In this document: piece after piece, positions 1 to 8,657 of the stretch
Numbering within the stretch: the stretch's first letter is position 1
Layout: every line of letters begins with the position of its first letter
Source: a virus
Lineage: Duplodnaviria; Caudoviricetes
Length of the DNA: 35,757 nt
Virus record (IMG/VR): IMGVR_UViG_3300037631_003745
Coordinates: 1 to 35,757 of that record
Direction: 5' to 3' (one strand)
The notes under the pieces: generated by a model
What the model was told of the DNA's origin: nothing
What the model saw: the letters and a program-made list of their open reading frames with translations, nothing else
Database searches by the model: none
Program-made: the position numbers and the translations under genes

Positions 1-177
1 GCCTGTGGTATAGAAGGTGTCTATGGCTTGCTTCTGGTCGTCCGACAAGGAAACCCCGTCACCCTCAAGTGCGGCTGCGTATGTTGATGCGTCAGAGTCC
101 GCGAAGGAAAAGCCGCCGCCACCAACAACCATGCGGTTGAGACCAAGACCTAAACCTAGAGACGGGGGTGGGGTCAT
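1..177 (-). CDS. Putative tail/structural protein, N-terminal part (runs off the window start)
   Basis: Own translation from ATG at 177: MTPPPSLGLGLGLNRMVVGGGGFSFADSDASTYAAALEGDGVSLSDDQKQAIDTFYTTG..., open to position 1. An LGLGLGL N-terminus is common in phage tail/structural proteins; the gene is co-oriented downstream of the capsid gene. Confidence 0.6.
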   Translation of the reverse strand, partial: MTPPPSLGLGLGLNRMVVGGGGFSFADSDASTYAAALEGDGVSLSDDQKQAIDTFYTTG

Positions 178-251
178 AGATAAATTAAGGTTAAGGTCTG
201 CTGTCACCGCTGGGGCTGGGGGCCCCAACGGCATGGACAACAGTTACTGGA

Positions 252-1094
252 TTAAACGTACTTGTATTTGCGGTAGATGTTCAAGGCAAACTGGTTGGCG
301 GATTGATCACCCAAGCCACCTTGTTCCTTAAGGGTATCTTCGATCTCCTTCATCTTCTTTGCATCCATAGAAGATTTCGGGTCGAAGGAAGTGCCGTGAG
401 CTACCTTGAAGAGTTCTTGAGCCTGTTCGGGGGTGTATGGAGCCTCTTTCGGTTCGCCTGCTGTAGTGTCAAAAGCACCTTCGTCAGGGTCAATACCAAG
501 ACCGACTTCTTCGCCACGATATGCAGCCATCATGTCGCTCATGTCGACTTCTTCGGCAGGTTCTTCATTGTAGCCAACCGCGCTGCCGTCTGCGGGCATA
601 CCAGCATAATCAGTTGAAGCGGACGGGGACTCGACCTCCTCCATACCTGCGGGGAAGGGTTCTTTACCACTAGCTTTTTTGGCAGCACGTCGTTGTTGGC
701 GTTTCTGCTTTCTGGCGGCTTTTTTCTTGCCTTTATCCATGGCGGCTTCAATAGCATCCATGAACCCCATGTCACCGTCTACTTCGTCTACTTCGTCTAC
801 TTCGGCTTCTTCGGCTTCTTCGATGTCTTCAGGCTGTGGCTTCTCTGACTTAGCAGGTTGCACAGCATTGGCTACATCAAAACGAGTGGGGATGACATCA
901 CTGCCTTTTCTGTCTTTTTTGGGCTCAGACTTAGCAGGTTGCACAGCATTGGCTACATCAAAACGAGTAGGGATGACGTCACTGCCTTTGTCGTCACCTC
1001 CATCATCCATATCCGCCATGAGCTGCTGGATTAACTTGAGCGTGTCAGCGATAGATCGTTTAGTTGACATAATTGATTTAACTGGGAAAGCCAT
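252..1094 (-). CDS. Acidic, low-complexity phage protein (280 aa) with an internal 27-aa-period duplication
   Basis: Long ORF directly after the capsid terminator; D/E-rich with a basic patch; KGSDVIPTRFDVANAVQPAKSE occurs twice. Confidence 0.75.
   Translation of the reverse strand: MAFPVKSIMSTKRSIADTLKLIQQLMADMDDGGDDKGSDVIPTRFDVANAVQPAKSEPKKDRKGSDVIPTRFDVANAVQPAKSEKPQPEDIEEAEEAEVDEVDEVDGDMGFMDAIEAAMDKGKKKAARKQKRQQRRAAKKASGKEPFPAGMEEVESPSASTDYAGMPADGSAVGYNEEPAEEVDMSDMMAAYRGEEVGLGIDPDEGAFDTTAGEPKEAPYTPEQAQELFKVAHGTSFDPKSSMDAKKMKEIEDTLKEQGGLGDQSANQFALNIYRKYKYV
847..989. repeat. Tandem duplication: 62 bp x2, period 81 bp, in frame
   Basis: 847-908 and 928-989 are identical except at 2 positions. 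Confidence 0.9.
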
Positions 1095-1107
1095 AATCGT
1101 AGTAAGT

Positions 1108-1157
1108 AAAAATTAAAGAACCCCGATTCCCGTTACATAGTGCAGGGAACGGGGTTC
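1108..1157 (-). terminator. Intrinsic terminator after the major capsid gene
   Basis: Minus strand GAACCCCG-TTCCC...GGGAA-T-CGGGGTTC followed by TTTAATTTT; a second hairpin (GGCCTCACC...GGTGGGGCC) lies just upstream. Confidence 0.7.
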
Positions 1158-1215
1158 AAGTGTAGTGGGGGTAAGGCCCCACCCTCGAAAAGTATCGAAG
1201 GTGAGGCCGTGATGA

Positions 1216-2553
1216 TTAGGCTCCAGCAGTTCCAGAGTCGCGCTTGAAGAGGACCACGTAACCGAGATCGGTACGGATCGGCTTGGTTGCGCTGGCGAGG
1301 ACGCCACGGAAGAAACCAACGGTTCCGTCAGGGTTGGTGACTTCGTTGGGGATGTTGGTCCACTTGAAGTCGCCCTTGTAGCTGAGCGGATCGAAGGTTA
1401 CGCCGTTAGCTCCACTGAAGGGCTGCGGGATCTGCGACTCGCAAACATCGGGGTGAAGGATGTAAGCAGCTTCGTAGGAAGCGGTGTCGTAGGCAGCATT
1501 CGGAGTGGCCACACCGTTAGCAACGCTGTAAGGCTCCACCTTGGTGATGGTGCTGGTAGAGATGCTGAAACGAGGAGCGAGGTCGTCCACAAGGTGGTAG
1601 AAACCACGGAAGGACTTCTCGACGCCGAGCGGGGCGATGAGGTCACCGACCTTGGCGTTGTTGTAACGAACGTCGTCGCGGAACTCAGACTCGATCATCA
1701 GCTTGCGGCTTGCTTCCGAAGACATGATGACGGAGAACACGGGGCGACCGTTTTCAACACCGTAGGCTCCCTTGTGACCAGCCTTGCGGATAAGATTGTA
1801 GTAAATCTTGTCCATGATGGCGTTGGAGAGGAAACCAGCGGGGGTGACGTCAGAGTTGCCCGAACCAGAGGTGACGGGGTCGATGGAGGTGATGTTGACA
1901 CCTTCGAAGGTATCATCAGCAGTCGCATCGGTGTCCGCATCAACAGTGGTGAGGATCGGAGTGGCCGAAGTAAGGACGGGAACGAAGTTGGCACAAACGC
2001 GCTCGTACTCATCGCGGTAGCGATTTTCCCATACGTTGTGGGTCACTTCAGACAGGGTGTCCATGATGGCACGAAGTTGCTCTTGGCGATGAGCAGCGTG
2101 ACGAAGGTCTTCCATCGAGATGCGAGGGGACTCAATGACAGCACGGCTCAGGGAGTATTCCTTGAGTTGCTTGCTGAACTGAGCATACGCACGGTTGTCA
2201 GCAGAACCAGTACCGCGACCGCCTTGGAAATCATCAGCAGTGTCGTCCAGAGGCTGGGCGTCTGCGCCGTTCAGGCTAGTGTTGAACTGATTGCCTCCAG
2301 TGGAGAGCGTACCGACGGAGGACCAACCAGCACCTTGAGTATTACCAGCGGTGTCAGTAGTGGCGACAGCGCGGTCATAGATCAGAGTGGTAAGCTGGTA
2401 ACCCATTCCATCAGGGAATGCGGATTGCTTAGTGAGATCAACCCAAGGGGATTGATGGAGAGTACGTTTGTGGATATCCTGACCGATGCGGTTAGCTTCT
2501 TCGGCGAGGATGGTGTTGATGGCGGAAATGCCAGTTCCAAGGTCGAAAGACAT
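1216..2553 (-). CDS. Major capsid protein (445 aa)
   Basis: Position in the portal - small protein - scaffold - X order, size, G/T/S/A-rich composition, strong codon bias, own promoter and flanking terminators. Confidence 0.8.
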   Translation of the reverse strand: MSFDLGTGISAINTILAEEANRIGQDIHKRTLHQSPWVDLTKQSAFPDGMGYQLTTLIYDRAVATTDTAGNTQGAGWSSVGTLSTGGNQFNTSLNGADAQPLDDTADDFQGGRGTGSADNRAYAQFSKQLKEYSLSRAVIESPRISMEDLRHAAHRQEQLRAIMDTLSEVTHNVWENRYRDEYERVCANFVPVLTSATPILTTVDADTDATADDTFEGVNITSIDPVTSGSGNSDVTPAGFLSNAIMDKIYYNLIRKAGHKGAYGVENGRPVFSVIMSSEASRKLMIESEFRDDVRYNNAKVGDLIAPLGVEKSFRGFYHLVDDLAPRFSISTSTITKVEPYSVANGVATPNAAYDTASYEAAYILHPDVCESQIPQPFSGANGVTFDPLSYKGDFKWTNIPNEVTNPDGTVGFFRGVLASATKPIRTDLGYVVLFKRDSGTAGA

Positions 2554-2632
2554 GACAAAAAGGAGTTTGGGGTTAAGGGGGTTAGACCACGGTCGGCGTG
2601 GGCTACAATGTGCTTGTTTTGGAAACCTTTGT

Positions 2633-2735
2633 GTAGAACTGCTTATGGCCAGAGCAACCTAGGATTCCCAGTGTGGAACAAAGTCCGATGTGGTGTTTGT
2701 CTCGCGGTAGAACTGTTTAATGGCCAGAGCAACCT
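2633..2735 (-). repeat. Direct repeat in the capsid 5' leader: AGGTTGCTCTGGCCAT(TAAA/AAG)CAGTTCTAC x2
   Basis: Plus-strand copies at 2633-2660 (gtagaactgcttatggccagagcaacct) and 2707-2735 (gtagaactgtttaatggccagagcaacct). Confidence 0.85.
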
Positions 2736-2749
2736 CGCTGATAATGATA

Positions 2750-2778
2750 GTTTTACCAATACTCTTAAGATTAGTCAA
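2750..2778 (-). promoter_or_regulatory. Sigma70-like promoter for the capsid gene
   Basis: TTGACT-17 bp-TAAAAC with TG extension, immediately after the scaffold terminator. Confidence 0.55.
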
Positions 2779-2789
2779 CCCCTTAACTC

Positions 2790-2824
2790 AAAAAAGCCGC
2801 ACCCCGATAAACGAGGTACGGCTT
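2790..2824 (-). terminator. Intrinsic terminator after the scaffold gene
   Basis: Minus strand AAGCCGTACCTCG-TTTAT-CGGGGTGCGGCTT followed by TTTT. Confidence 0.8.
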
Positions 2825-2843
2825 ACCATGAATCAGCGTCAGA

Positions 2844-3992
2844 TCAGAGGCTAGATAGCTGGGCACTGACGCGATCTTCGAACGAGCCTGCTGGCGAACC
2901 TTGGGAGGCAGCAGGAGCAGACGAGTTGGAGCCAGTAGGCTCAGCTTCTTCGTATTCGGCTAGTCGAGCTGCGATGGTGTCGAACTCCTTCTGCAAGGAC
3001 AAGTGTGCCCGAACCAACGGAGGGAGGATCTTAGCGGACACGCTGTGATAGGCGTGGTCGACTGGATGCAGAGTGGTAGGATCAGCCGCAGAAACCGATT
3101 CTTGGATTCCTTCTATGTCTAGCCCCTCCATGCCTTCTAGGAATGGGAGCTTCTGCTGAACGCGCTCGATGACGTTACGGGTCACGTTCTGCCGCACAGT
3201 CGCGCGATCGGCTGCCGCTTGCAATTCCTTCTGCTCTTCTAGCTGCTTAGCCTCAGCGAGGGCCTGATCCTTGTTTTGCAGCAACTCTTGGCGACGCTGA
3301 GCGATTGGGTCGATCTTTTCGGCGATGCCATAGATCTTAGCGGAATCGCGAGTGCTGAGATTCGGGATTAGTTCAGACAACTGCTCCTCTTGGGTAGCTT
3401 CGTCAGTCATGTTGACGATATCAATCAGAGCGCGGGGGTCGACCTCGTACTTGTCGGCCATCTCCTTGGTCTGGTTGATCAGGGCGTCGAGCGGGGCAGT
3501 CACGGCTTCTTGGTAGGCGGGCGTGGCCTCCAGATCGCTGAACATCTGTTGGTCCTCGTACTGCTTCAACTTCGCCTGTAGCTCTTCAGTGCTTTTGCCT
3601 TCCGCGAGACCCTCCAACTCCTTGATGCGGGCTTCGGCCTCAACCTTGTATTGCTGGAGGGGTTCCATCGCTTCACGAGCTTCCTTAAGTTGACCTTTGA
3701 CACGAACGAAAGCAGAGGACGCTTTGGGGGTCCAATCGTCGCCGATGTCTTCGGTCAGTTCCTCAATAGGCTCTTCAACGACGGGCTCTTCCGCAGGCTG
3801 GTCTTCGGGAGCAGTCTCAGCGTTTTCGACAGGGGTCGCAGCCTCCAAATCGGTGGCAGATTCCAAAGCGTCGAATGCTTTGGCGAGGGAGTTGTCGATA
3901 GTGCTGGCGAAATCAGCTTCGCTAGCGGCGGGGAGGTCAGCAATCGGATCGGCTGCTGGCTCACTTACAGTTGGTTCTGTAGATGCATCCAT
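2844..3992 (-). CDS. Capsid scaffolding protein (382 aa)
   Basis: Very acidic, coiled-coil-like and P/A/E-rich at the N-terminus; lies between portal and capsid. Confidence 0.7.
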   Translation of the reverse strand: MDASTEPTVSEPAADPIADLPAASEADFASTIDNSLAKAFDALESATDLEAATPVENAETAPEDQPAEEPVVEEPIEELTEDIGDDWTPKASSAFVRVKGQLKEAREAMEPLQQYKVEAEARIKELEGLAEGKSTEELQAKLKQYEDQQMFSDLEATPAYQEAVTAPLDALINQTKEMADKYEVDPRALIDIVNMTDEATQEEQLSELIPNLSTRDSAKIYGIAEKIDPIAQRRQELLQNKDQALAEAKQLEEQKELQAAADRATVRQNVTRNVIERVQQKLPFLEGMEGLDIEGIQESVSAADPTTLHPVDHAYHSVSAKILPPLVRAHLSLQKEFDTIAARLAEYEEAEPTGSNSSAPAASQGSPAGSFEDRVSAQLSSL

Positions 3993-4303
3993 TCTTGGTC
4001 TTGGTCAGGGGTGTCTTTCTCAGCTTGGTTGCGAGGAGTAGCAAGGGCTGAAAGTGCAGGTAGGAAGTCGTGGAAGCCCGCCCACCAGTTGGCTAGGTTG
4101 GCGTTCACTTCGGGAGTACTGCCAATGGTCTTTGCCCCGTATGGGGCTTGCTGGGCCTTGGTGATAGCGACTGCCTGCCGAAAAATTGGGTCTCGGAGAA
4201 TATCATCAAGGCGTTTGGCATTATTCGGATTACGATTCCATCGTGAAAGGTCTACTTCGGGCTCTGGTACAACAGAGGACCTTTTGCTAAAGAATTTGAA
4301 CAT
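3965..4303 (-). CDS. Small protein between portal and scaffold (112 aa)
   Basis: ORF in the typical post-portal slot of podovirus-like head modules; its end overlaps the scaffold start. Confidence 0.65.
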   Translation of the reverse strand: MFKFFSKRSSVVPEPEVDLSRWNRNPNNAKRLDDILRDPIFRQAVAITKAQQAPYGAKTIGSTPEVNANLANWWAGFHDFLPALSALATPRNQAEKDTPDQDQEWMHLQNQL

Positions 4304-4369
4304 TGGGCAAAGTGTTGACCCTTATTATCAATCCGTCAAGAATTTTGAATATGAACTGAAAGAAAGCCT

Positions 4370-6643
4370 TTAGGAAGTTGGCCCACCGATGCCGCCGCTT
4401 CCTACGGCGTCCTCGCGAAACTCCAGCGCAGCTTTCGCATCGCGGTGAGCTTGCTCTTGTTCAAACTTACGGCTCTTGATGTCGAGTTCTAGTTGGGCTT
4501 TCTCCATTTTAATTTGCTGTTCAACCTGATGTGCTTGCATCTTGAGGTCGACTTCAGGTGGGCCAGCGGGTTGTTGCGCTTGTCCTTGTGCCTGTGCCTG
4601 TTCCTGTTCCTTCTGCATCTTACGCTGTTGGGCTTCGATGGACTTTTGGGTGTTGTTGAGGATTTCTTCCAGATAGTTCAGGATCTGCTTAACCTGCCCA
4701 ACGAGTCCCTTCAAGTTGACATCTGCTCCCGCGAAGCCAGCAGTCTGAGCAAGGTGTTGGTACACAGCTTGAATGACGGGCATCATCTGCATCGGGTCGG
4801 CCTGACCGCTGTTGTAGCCTTCTATGATCTGTTCTGCGAGCGGCAAGTGCGCCCGCAAGTGTTCGCCGTGTAGCTCACTAGAGATAACTGCCACAGGCTT
4901 ACCAGCCATAAGAGAATCGTTCTCCAGCATGGCAATCTTGGTATCGACGCCCACGCGAGGCTCGTCGGTGTTGGGGACGTAACGGTCGGCAAGGTCAAGA
5001 CCAGCGCGCGTAGCAACAATATCGCGTCGCAGGTTGCGCTGCCCTATTTCGTCGAACCCGCCACTCATTGCTTGTATCTCACGTAGAGCGACAAGTCGGT
5101 TTGCCATTGAGCCGTTACCAATCGAACGGACAGCGCGAGTGCGGCCAAGGTCGAGGGTCTTGATAAACTCCTCCCCTACGCCGCGCGCTTCGCAGCGAGT
5201 GAAGAACTCTTTCGTGAGACCGTCCCGCTTCTTGCTCTCGATCAGGCGGCGGAAGACCTGCCGCAGCAAGCGGTTCCAACTGTTGTAGAACAGATTCAAG
5301 GCAGCACCACTCAAGCGAGTCGCGACGTCCATGTCGGCAACCACCTGCATCTGGTTCTTGTAAGGCGAGGACTGCTCAGGGCCGTAGGGCGAAACCGTGT
5401 CGGTGTTGAGGGCCAACTGTCGTTGCAAGTCTTGCAGCGCAGGCTGGACTGCGGTTCCCAAATTGGGGATCGCTTTCTCGATGATCTTTACGTTCGGCGA
5501 CATCACGGCGTAAGGGCCGTAGTAGCTAAACTCCAACTCGTCCAACGCGCGGTTGTTTTCTGGCTGGAGCATGACCGCCGACGACATCATCGCGCCGTCA
5601 ATCTGTTGGCAGCGGAGTCGGTTGCTGGTCTGGATGTGTGCAAAGATGCGCTGGCCCAAGCCTCTGATTGAGTGGTATGTGCCGTTACTGCCGACACCGT
5701 TGGCGAAGAACACGTATGCCTCTTCAGCGTTCTTGTACTTACCGACCTTCTTGTAGATAAAGTCTTCCGCGTCTTTGTGCGCGGACATGAAGCTACTGAT
5801 GCTACCGTCCAACTCGCGAACTAGGAACTGCAAGATGGAAACGGTCGGGTTCTGGATACCGATGTAGATATCGTTGTTTTTGACTTCCGCCTGTAGGGCT
5901 TCGAAGTCATCAAGGAACGTGCTGCTACCTCCGCGCCGCCCACTGGTGCTGACGTGCTTCTTCATCACGCGCTTCATCTCGTTGACGTTCCAACCGACAG
6001 CAGCGGCAGCTTTCTCGTTCTTGATGAATCGAGCCAGCTCGTGCAGGTGGTACTCGCGGCGGATCACGACAACGTCGAGTGATTCCTCAGTCGCGGGAGA
6101 TTGGCGGGGAATCAAGATGTCGGCAAACCCGCCCACTCGAAACTTCCAATCGTCGGGAGAATCAAAGTAAGCGGTTCCGACTCCGTGTTTCAGGAAAATG
6201 GTGCAGAGGCGGAGGTACAGGGAATGGAACTCAGGCCAGTTACGGAGCATGCGGGTAAACTCTTCCGCGATGACTTCTTCCTTCTGGTAGCGCGATGGGT
6301 CGTCTTGCCCTTTGGACTTCACCTCGACAAACCGTTCCAACGAACTATACAAGTCGACGTAAGCAGAAAGAGAAATATCCAGCAATCGCTGGGCTTCACC
6401 AAAGTTCAGGTTGGTCTTCAGTGTCTGGTTGCTGGCGGCAAGGTGCGCCGAATTATACGGGGCCGCCCCATCAAACATACCGTCGATGCGCGCACGATTG
6501 ACGGCACTAGCTTCGTCAGCTTTCAGTAGCGTGTTGTAGATTGAAAGGGCACTTTTCGCATCCTTCAGGCGGGTCGCCTTTACTTTTCCCTTCTCATCAT
6601 ACGGCGACAACTCAAGGGATTCCAGCTCGTGCAGGTCAGACAT
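4370..6643 (-). CDS. Portal (head-tail connector) protein (757 aa)
   Basis: Size, position upstream of scaffold/capsid, a helical body with an 'LKHGVG.AY' type motif and a Q-rich coiled-coil C-terminus like P22-type portals. Confidence 0.75.
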   Translation of the reverse strand: MSDLHELESLELSPYDEKGKVKATRLKDAKSALSIYNTLLKADEASAVNRARIDGMFDGAAPYNSAHLAASNQTLKTNLNFGEAQRLLDISLSAYVDLYSSLERFVEVKSKGQDDPSRYQKEEVIAEEFTRMLRNWPEFHSLYLRLCTIFLKHGVGTAYFDSPDDWKFRVGGFADILIPRQSPATEESLDVVVIRREYHLHELARFIKNEKAAAAVGWNVNEMKRVMKKHVSTSGRRGGSSTFLDDFEALQAEVKNNDIYIGIQNPTVSILQFLVRELDGSISSFMSAHKDAEDFIYKKVGKYKNAEEAYVFFANGVGSNGTYHSIRGLGQRIFAHIQTSNRLRCQQIDGAMMSSAVMLQPENNRALDELEFSYYGPYAVMSPNVKIIEKAIPNLGTAVQPALQDLQRQLALNTDTVSPYGPEQSSPYKNQMQVVADMDVATRLSGAALNLFYNSWNRLLRQVFRRLIESKKRDGLTKEFFTRCEARGVGEEFIKTLDLGRTRAVRSIGNGSMANRLVALREIQAMSGGFDEIGQRNLRRDIVATRAGLDLADRYVPNTDEPRVGVDTKIAMLENDSLMAGKPVAVISSELHGEHLRAHLPLAEQIIEGYNSGQADPMQMMPVIQAVYQHLAQTAGFAGADVNLKGLVGQVKQILNYLEEILNNTQKSIEAQQRKMQKEQEQAQAQGQAQQPAGPPEVDLKMQAHQVEQQIKMEKAQLELDIKSRKFEQEQAHRDAKAALEFREDAVGSGGIGGPTS

Positions 6644-6652
6644 GGTATCGCA

Positions 6653-6680
6653 ATTCTACTGTTTTCAGTGACTTAGTCAA
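6653..6680 (-). promoter_or_regulatory. Sigma70-like promoter of the portal gene (very short leader)
   Basis: TTGACT-16-TAGAAT, then 9 nt to the ATG. Confidence 0.55.
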
Positions 6681-6811
6681 GGGTGCAGGTCTTGTATCCT
6701 GTACGGCGGCCCTTTTGTCATACAATTTTCTACTACAAGCGGTAAATCACTTACAACTGTCCAGAACCACCAGAATGCAAAAGGCGATCGCGAGTATCAT
6801 AAAGAGCGCGC

Positions 6812-7246
6812 TCATGCTACTGTCATTTGGGCGTCCGAACCGAAGATGTCGCGTACGGCTTTACGTACACTTAGCCATGTTCGCTTACCGAACTTATTGC
6901 GTAACTGCACGTAGGGGGTTTTGTACCTGACGACCTCCCGTATGATACGGGGCCGCTCCACCCGACTGTTTGGCATACGCCACACAGCACCATACGGCGT
7001 AACGTAGTAATCAGGAAACCCGTCGATCGGCTTAGCCTCTGTAGGTATGTCGGCCTCGTGCGCGGGCACGTCCAACCGCTTCTGGTCGTAGAAGTACCGA
7101 ACCGACTTACCGTCGACCTGCAAAATCGAGTAATTGCCCTTCGTCGGATGCCAATACTTCTTCAGTACTGAATCCCGCCTCGTGAGGTTCACGATTCGGT
7201 TATTTGGCGTGAGGGCGTATTTGGGGGCTTCTGGTATCTGTTCCAT
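6812..7246 (-). CDS. NUMOD4-like DNA-binding protein (two NUMOD4-like units, no HNH motif visible)
   Basis: KPIDGFPDYYVTPYGAVW...YVQL...GKR matches the NUMOD4 pattern; the N-terminal EQIPEAPKYALTPNNRIVN is a degenerate second copy. Confidence 0.55.
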   Translation of the reverse strand: MEQIPEAPKYALTPNNRIVNLTRRDSVLKKYWHPTKGNYSILQVDGKSVRYFYDQKRLDVPAHEADIPTEAKPIDGFPDYYVTPYGAVWRMPNSRVERPRIIREVVRYKTPYVQLRNKFGKRTWLSVRKAVRDIFGSDAQMTVA

Positions 7247-7385
7247 GATTCCTGTATCCTGTTTTGTGTATCACAAACGATACACAACGATTCTTGTCCG
7301 TCAGATCCACGCGAATGTGATGAACAAAGCGGGGATCGATATGGAGAGGTTAATGGTACAGGGTTCGGGGTCAATGGGAAAGTCG

Positions 7386-7526
7386 TTATAAAAGTGATTA
7401 TATCGTGACCTTACTATATAAAACTCTTTCCTTAACCTATATAGTGCCTCATTACTGTAACGCAGCACTATATAGTGTCATGTAAGAGTTTTATTGAGTA
7501 AGGTTACGATATAATCACTTTTGTAA
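7386..7526. repeat. 141-bp AT-rich imperfect palindrome centred on 7456
   Basis: Outer arms TTATAAAAGTGATTATATCGTGACCTTACT / AGTAAGGTTACGATATAATCACTTTTGTAA (2 mismatches in 30), then ATAAAACTCTT/AAGAGTTTTAT, CTATATAGTGC/GCACTATATAG and TTAC-T-GTAA, all symmetric about 7456. Confidence 0.92.
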
Positions 7527-7540
7527 TCACTTTTATACTA

Positions 7541-7568
7541 TTGACTCTACTACGAACTCACATAAGGT
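7541..7568 (+). promoter_or_regulatory. Sigma70-like promoter positioned for a leaderless mRNA
   Basis: TTGACT-16-TAAGGT, then 6 nt to the GTG start at 7575. Confidence 0.45.
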
Positions 7569-7574
7569 GGCTGC

Positions 7575-7856
7575 GTGATTGAAGTCCCGTTTTCCTACCT
7601 ACGTTTCCTCCCGCAAGGCTTCCTTGATTGGTCTGAAGAGGTTCAACAGAAATGGCTCGACCAGTTACGCGCGGAACGGCGGCAGCAGCAGTCGAATTAC
7701 GTCGAGCGTAAGAAAGAGGATAGCCCCGACTATATAGAGCAGCGACGGGCCTACGCGCGCAAATACTACGCGGAGAACAAGGAAAAGTGCAAAGAGGCGA
7801 ACCGACGGTGTCGAGAACGCAAGAAAGAGGAGTGGCTTAAACGGATGAAGCCGTGA
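7575..7856 (+). CDS. Small charged helical protein with a YY..N.E motif
   Basis: RRAYARKYYAENKEKCKEANRR; similar motif in 8658-8924. Confidence 0.6.
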   Translation: MIEVPFSYLRFLPQGFLDWSEEVQQKWLDQLRAERRQQQSNYVERKKEDSPDYIEQRRAYARKYYAENKEKCKEANRRCRERKKEEWLKRMKP

Positions 7857-8096
7857 TTACTTCCGCTTCCGCCCACTTGCGGTCGTCGACCACTTCACGC
7901 GCTTAGGCCCCGTCTTCTTACGGGCTTCCTGTTTGGAGATCTTCGACGCCACAGCTTTGGGGCGACACGCAGGATATGCCCGCTTAGAGCCACCCTTCGC
8001 AGACTTGCGCCCACACGGCTTGCCCGTCTTCACGTCTACCCACTTCTCGCCGAACCATTTACCAAGTCCGCCACGCTTTTTCGGTTTAGCAGCCAT
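7857..8096 (-). CDS. Small highly basic phage protein (GLGKWFGEKWVD...PCGR...YPACRP type)
   Basis: K/R-rich 79 aa; motif pattern recognised from aquatic phage proteins; start overlaps the upstream stop. Confidence 0.7.
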   Translation of the reverse strand: MAAKPKKRGGLGKWFGEKWVDVKTGKPCGRKSAKGGSKRAYPACRPKAVASKISKQEARKKTGPKRVKWSTTASGRKRK

Positions 8097-8284
8097 TACT
8101 TCTTAACTTTGTTGTTGCCACCAGACCACTTACCGCCTTTGGCCTTGTATTGCTTGGCCGCCCATGCGTTGGCGTAAGCAGAGGGGTAGACCTTGAACTT
8201 GCCTTTGGCTTGTGACTTCATGCGAGACCACAGCGCAGGATTGGACGGCTTAGGTTTGGAACTGGCTCTTTTCTTAGCTGGCAT
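8096..8284 (-). CDS. Small highly basic phage protein (YPSAYAN.W..K.YK..GG.W type, DUF5872-like)
   Basis: 62 aa, K-rich, with a recognisable motif. Confidence 0.7.
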   Translation of the reverse strand: MPAKKRASSKPKPSNPALWSRMKSQAKGKFKVYPSAYANAWAAKQYKAKGGKWSGGNNKVKK

Positions 8285-8314
8285 AGTGTGTAGCGGTTGG
8301 GGTTGTGGGGCAGA

Positions 8315-8611
8315 TCACCATTTAGCTTTGTTGGCCCAGTAGGCCGCAGACATCTTGCCTTTCGCTATGTTCTTGGCATGGCGCGCCTTGAAGGATTTGC
8401 GGCGGGCTTTCTGTGCTGGAGTCTTAGGAGACTTGCCTGCTCCGCTCACTCCTTGCTGGCCGAACCTGATCGTCTTCACTTTGTCACCCTCTTTCGCGAC
8501 GACAACGTGCGACTTGGTCGGGTGCTTTGGTGTGCGCTTAGGTTTGTTCACGCCAGACACTCCCGCGCGCTTAACGGCTGACGCTGCTTTGCTGGTTGAT
8601 TTCTTAGCCAT
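8315..8611 (-). CDS. Small highly basic phage protein (RFGQQG...RRKSFKARH...SAAYWA type)
   Basis: 98 aa, K/R-rich; motif widespread in aquatic phages; has its own promoter. Confidence 0.75.
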   Translation of the reverse strand: MAKKSTSKAASAVKRAGVSGVNKPKRTPKHPTKSHVVVAKEGDKVKTIRFGQQGVSGAGKSPKTPAQKARRKSFKARHAKNIAKGKMSAAYWANKAKW

Positions 8612-8617
8612 AAACTT

Positions 8618-8646
8618 AGTCTAGTTATTAACGGCGCGTATTGCAA
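8618..8646 (-). promoter_or_regulatory. Sigma70-like promoter positioned for a leaderless mRNA
   Basis: TTGCAA-17-TAGACT, then 6 nt to ATG 8611. Confidence 0.6.
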
Positions 8647-8657
8647 GTTTTTCAGAC

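Noticed and set aside
2633-2735. Purine or preQ1 riboswitch
   Set aside because: Only a GUUCUAC-like fragment resembles the purine core; the required three-way junction or A-rich tail is not evident.
1453-3048. 531-aa plus-strand ORF (and long antisense ORFs 14020-15117 and 15681-17432)
   Set aside because: Shadow ORFs opposite well-supported genes with strong codon bias; no recognisable motifs.
6812-7246. Active HNH homing endonuclease
   Set aside because: NUMOD4-like segments are present but no HNH catalytic residues follow.
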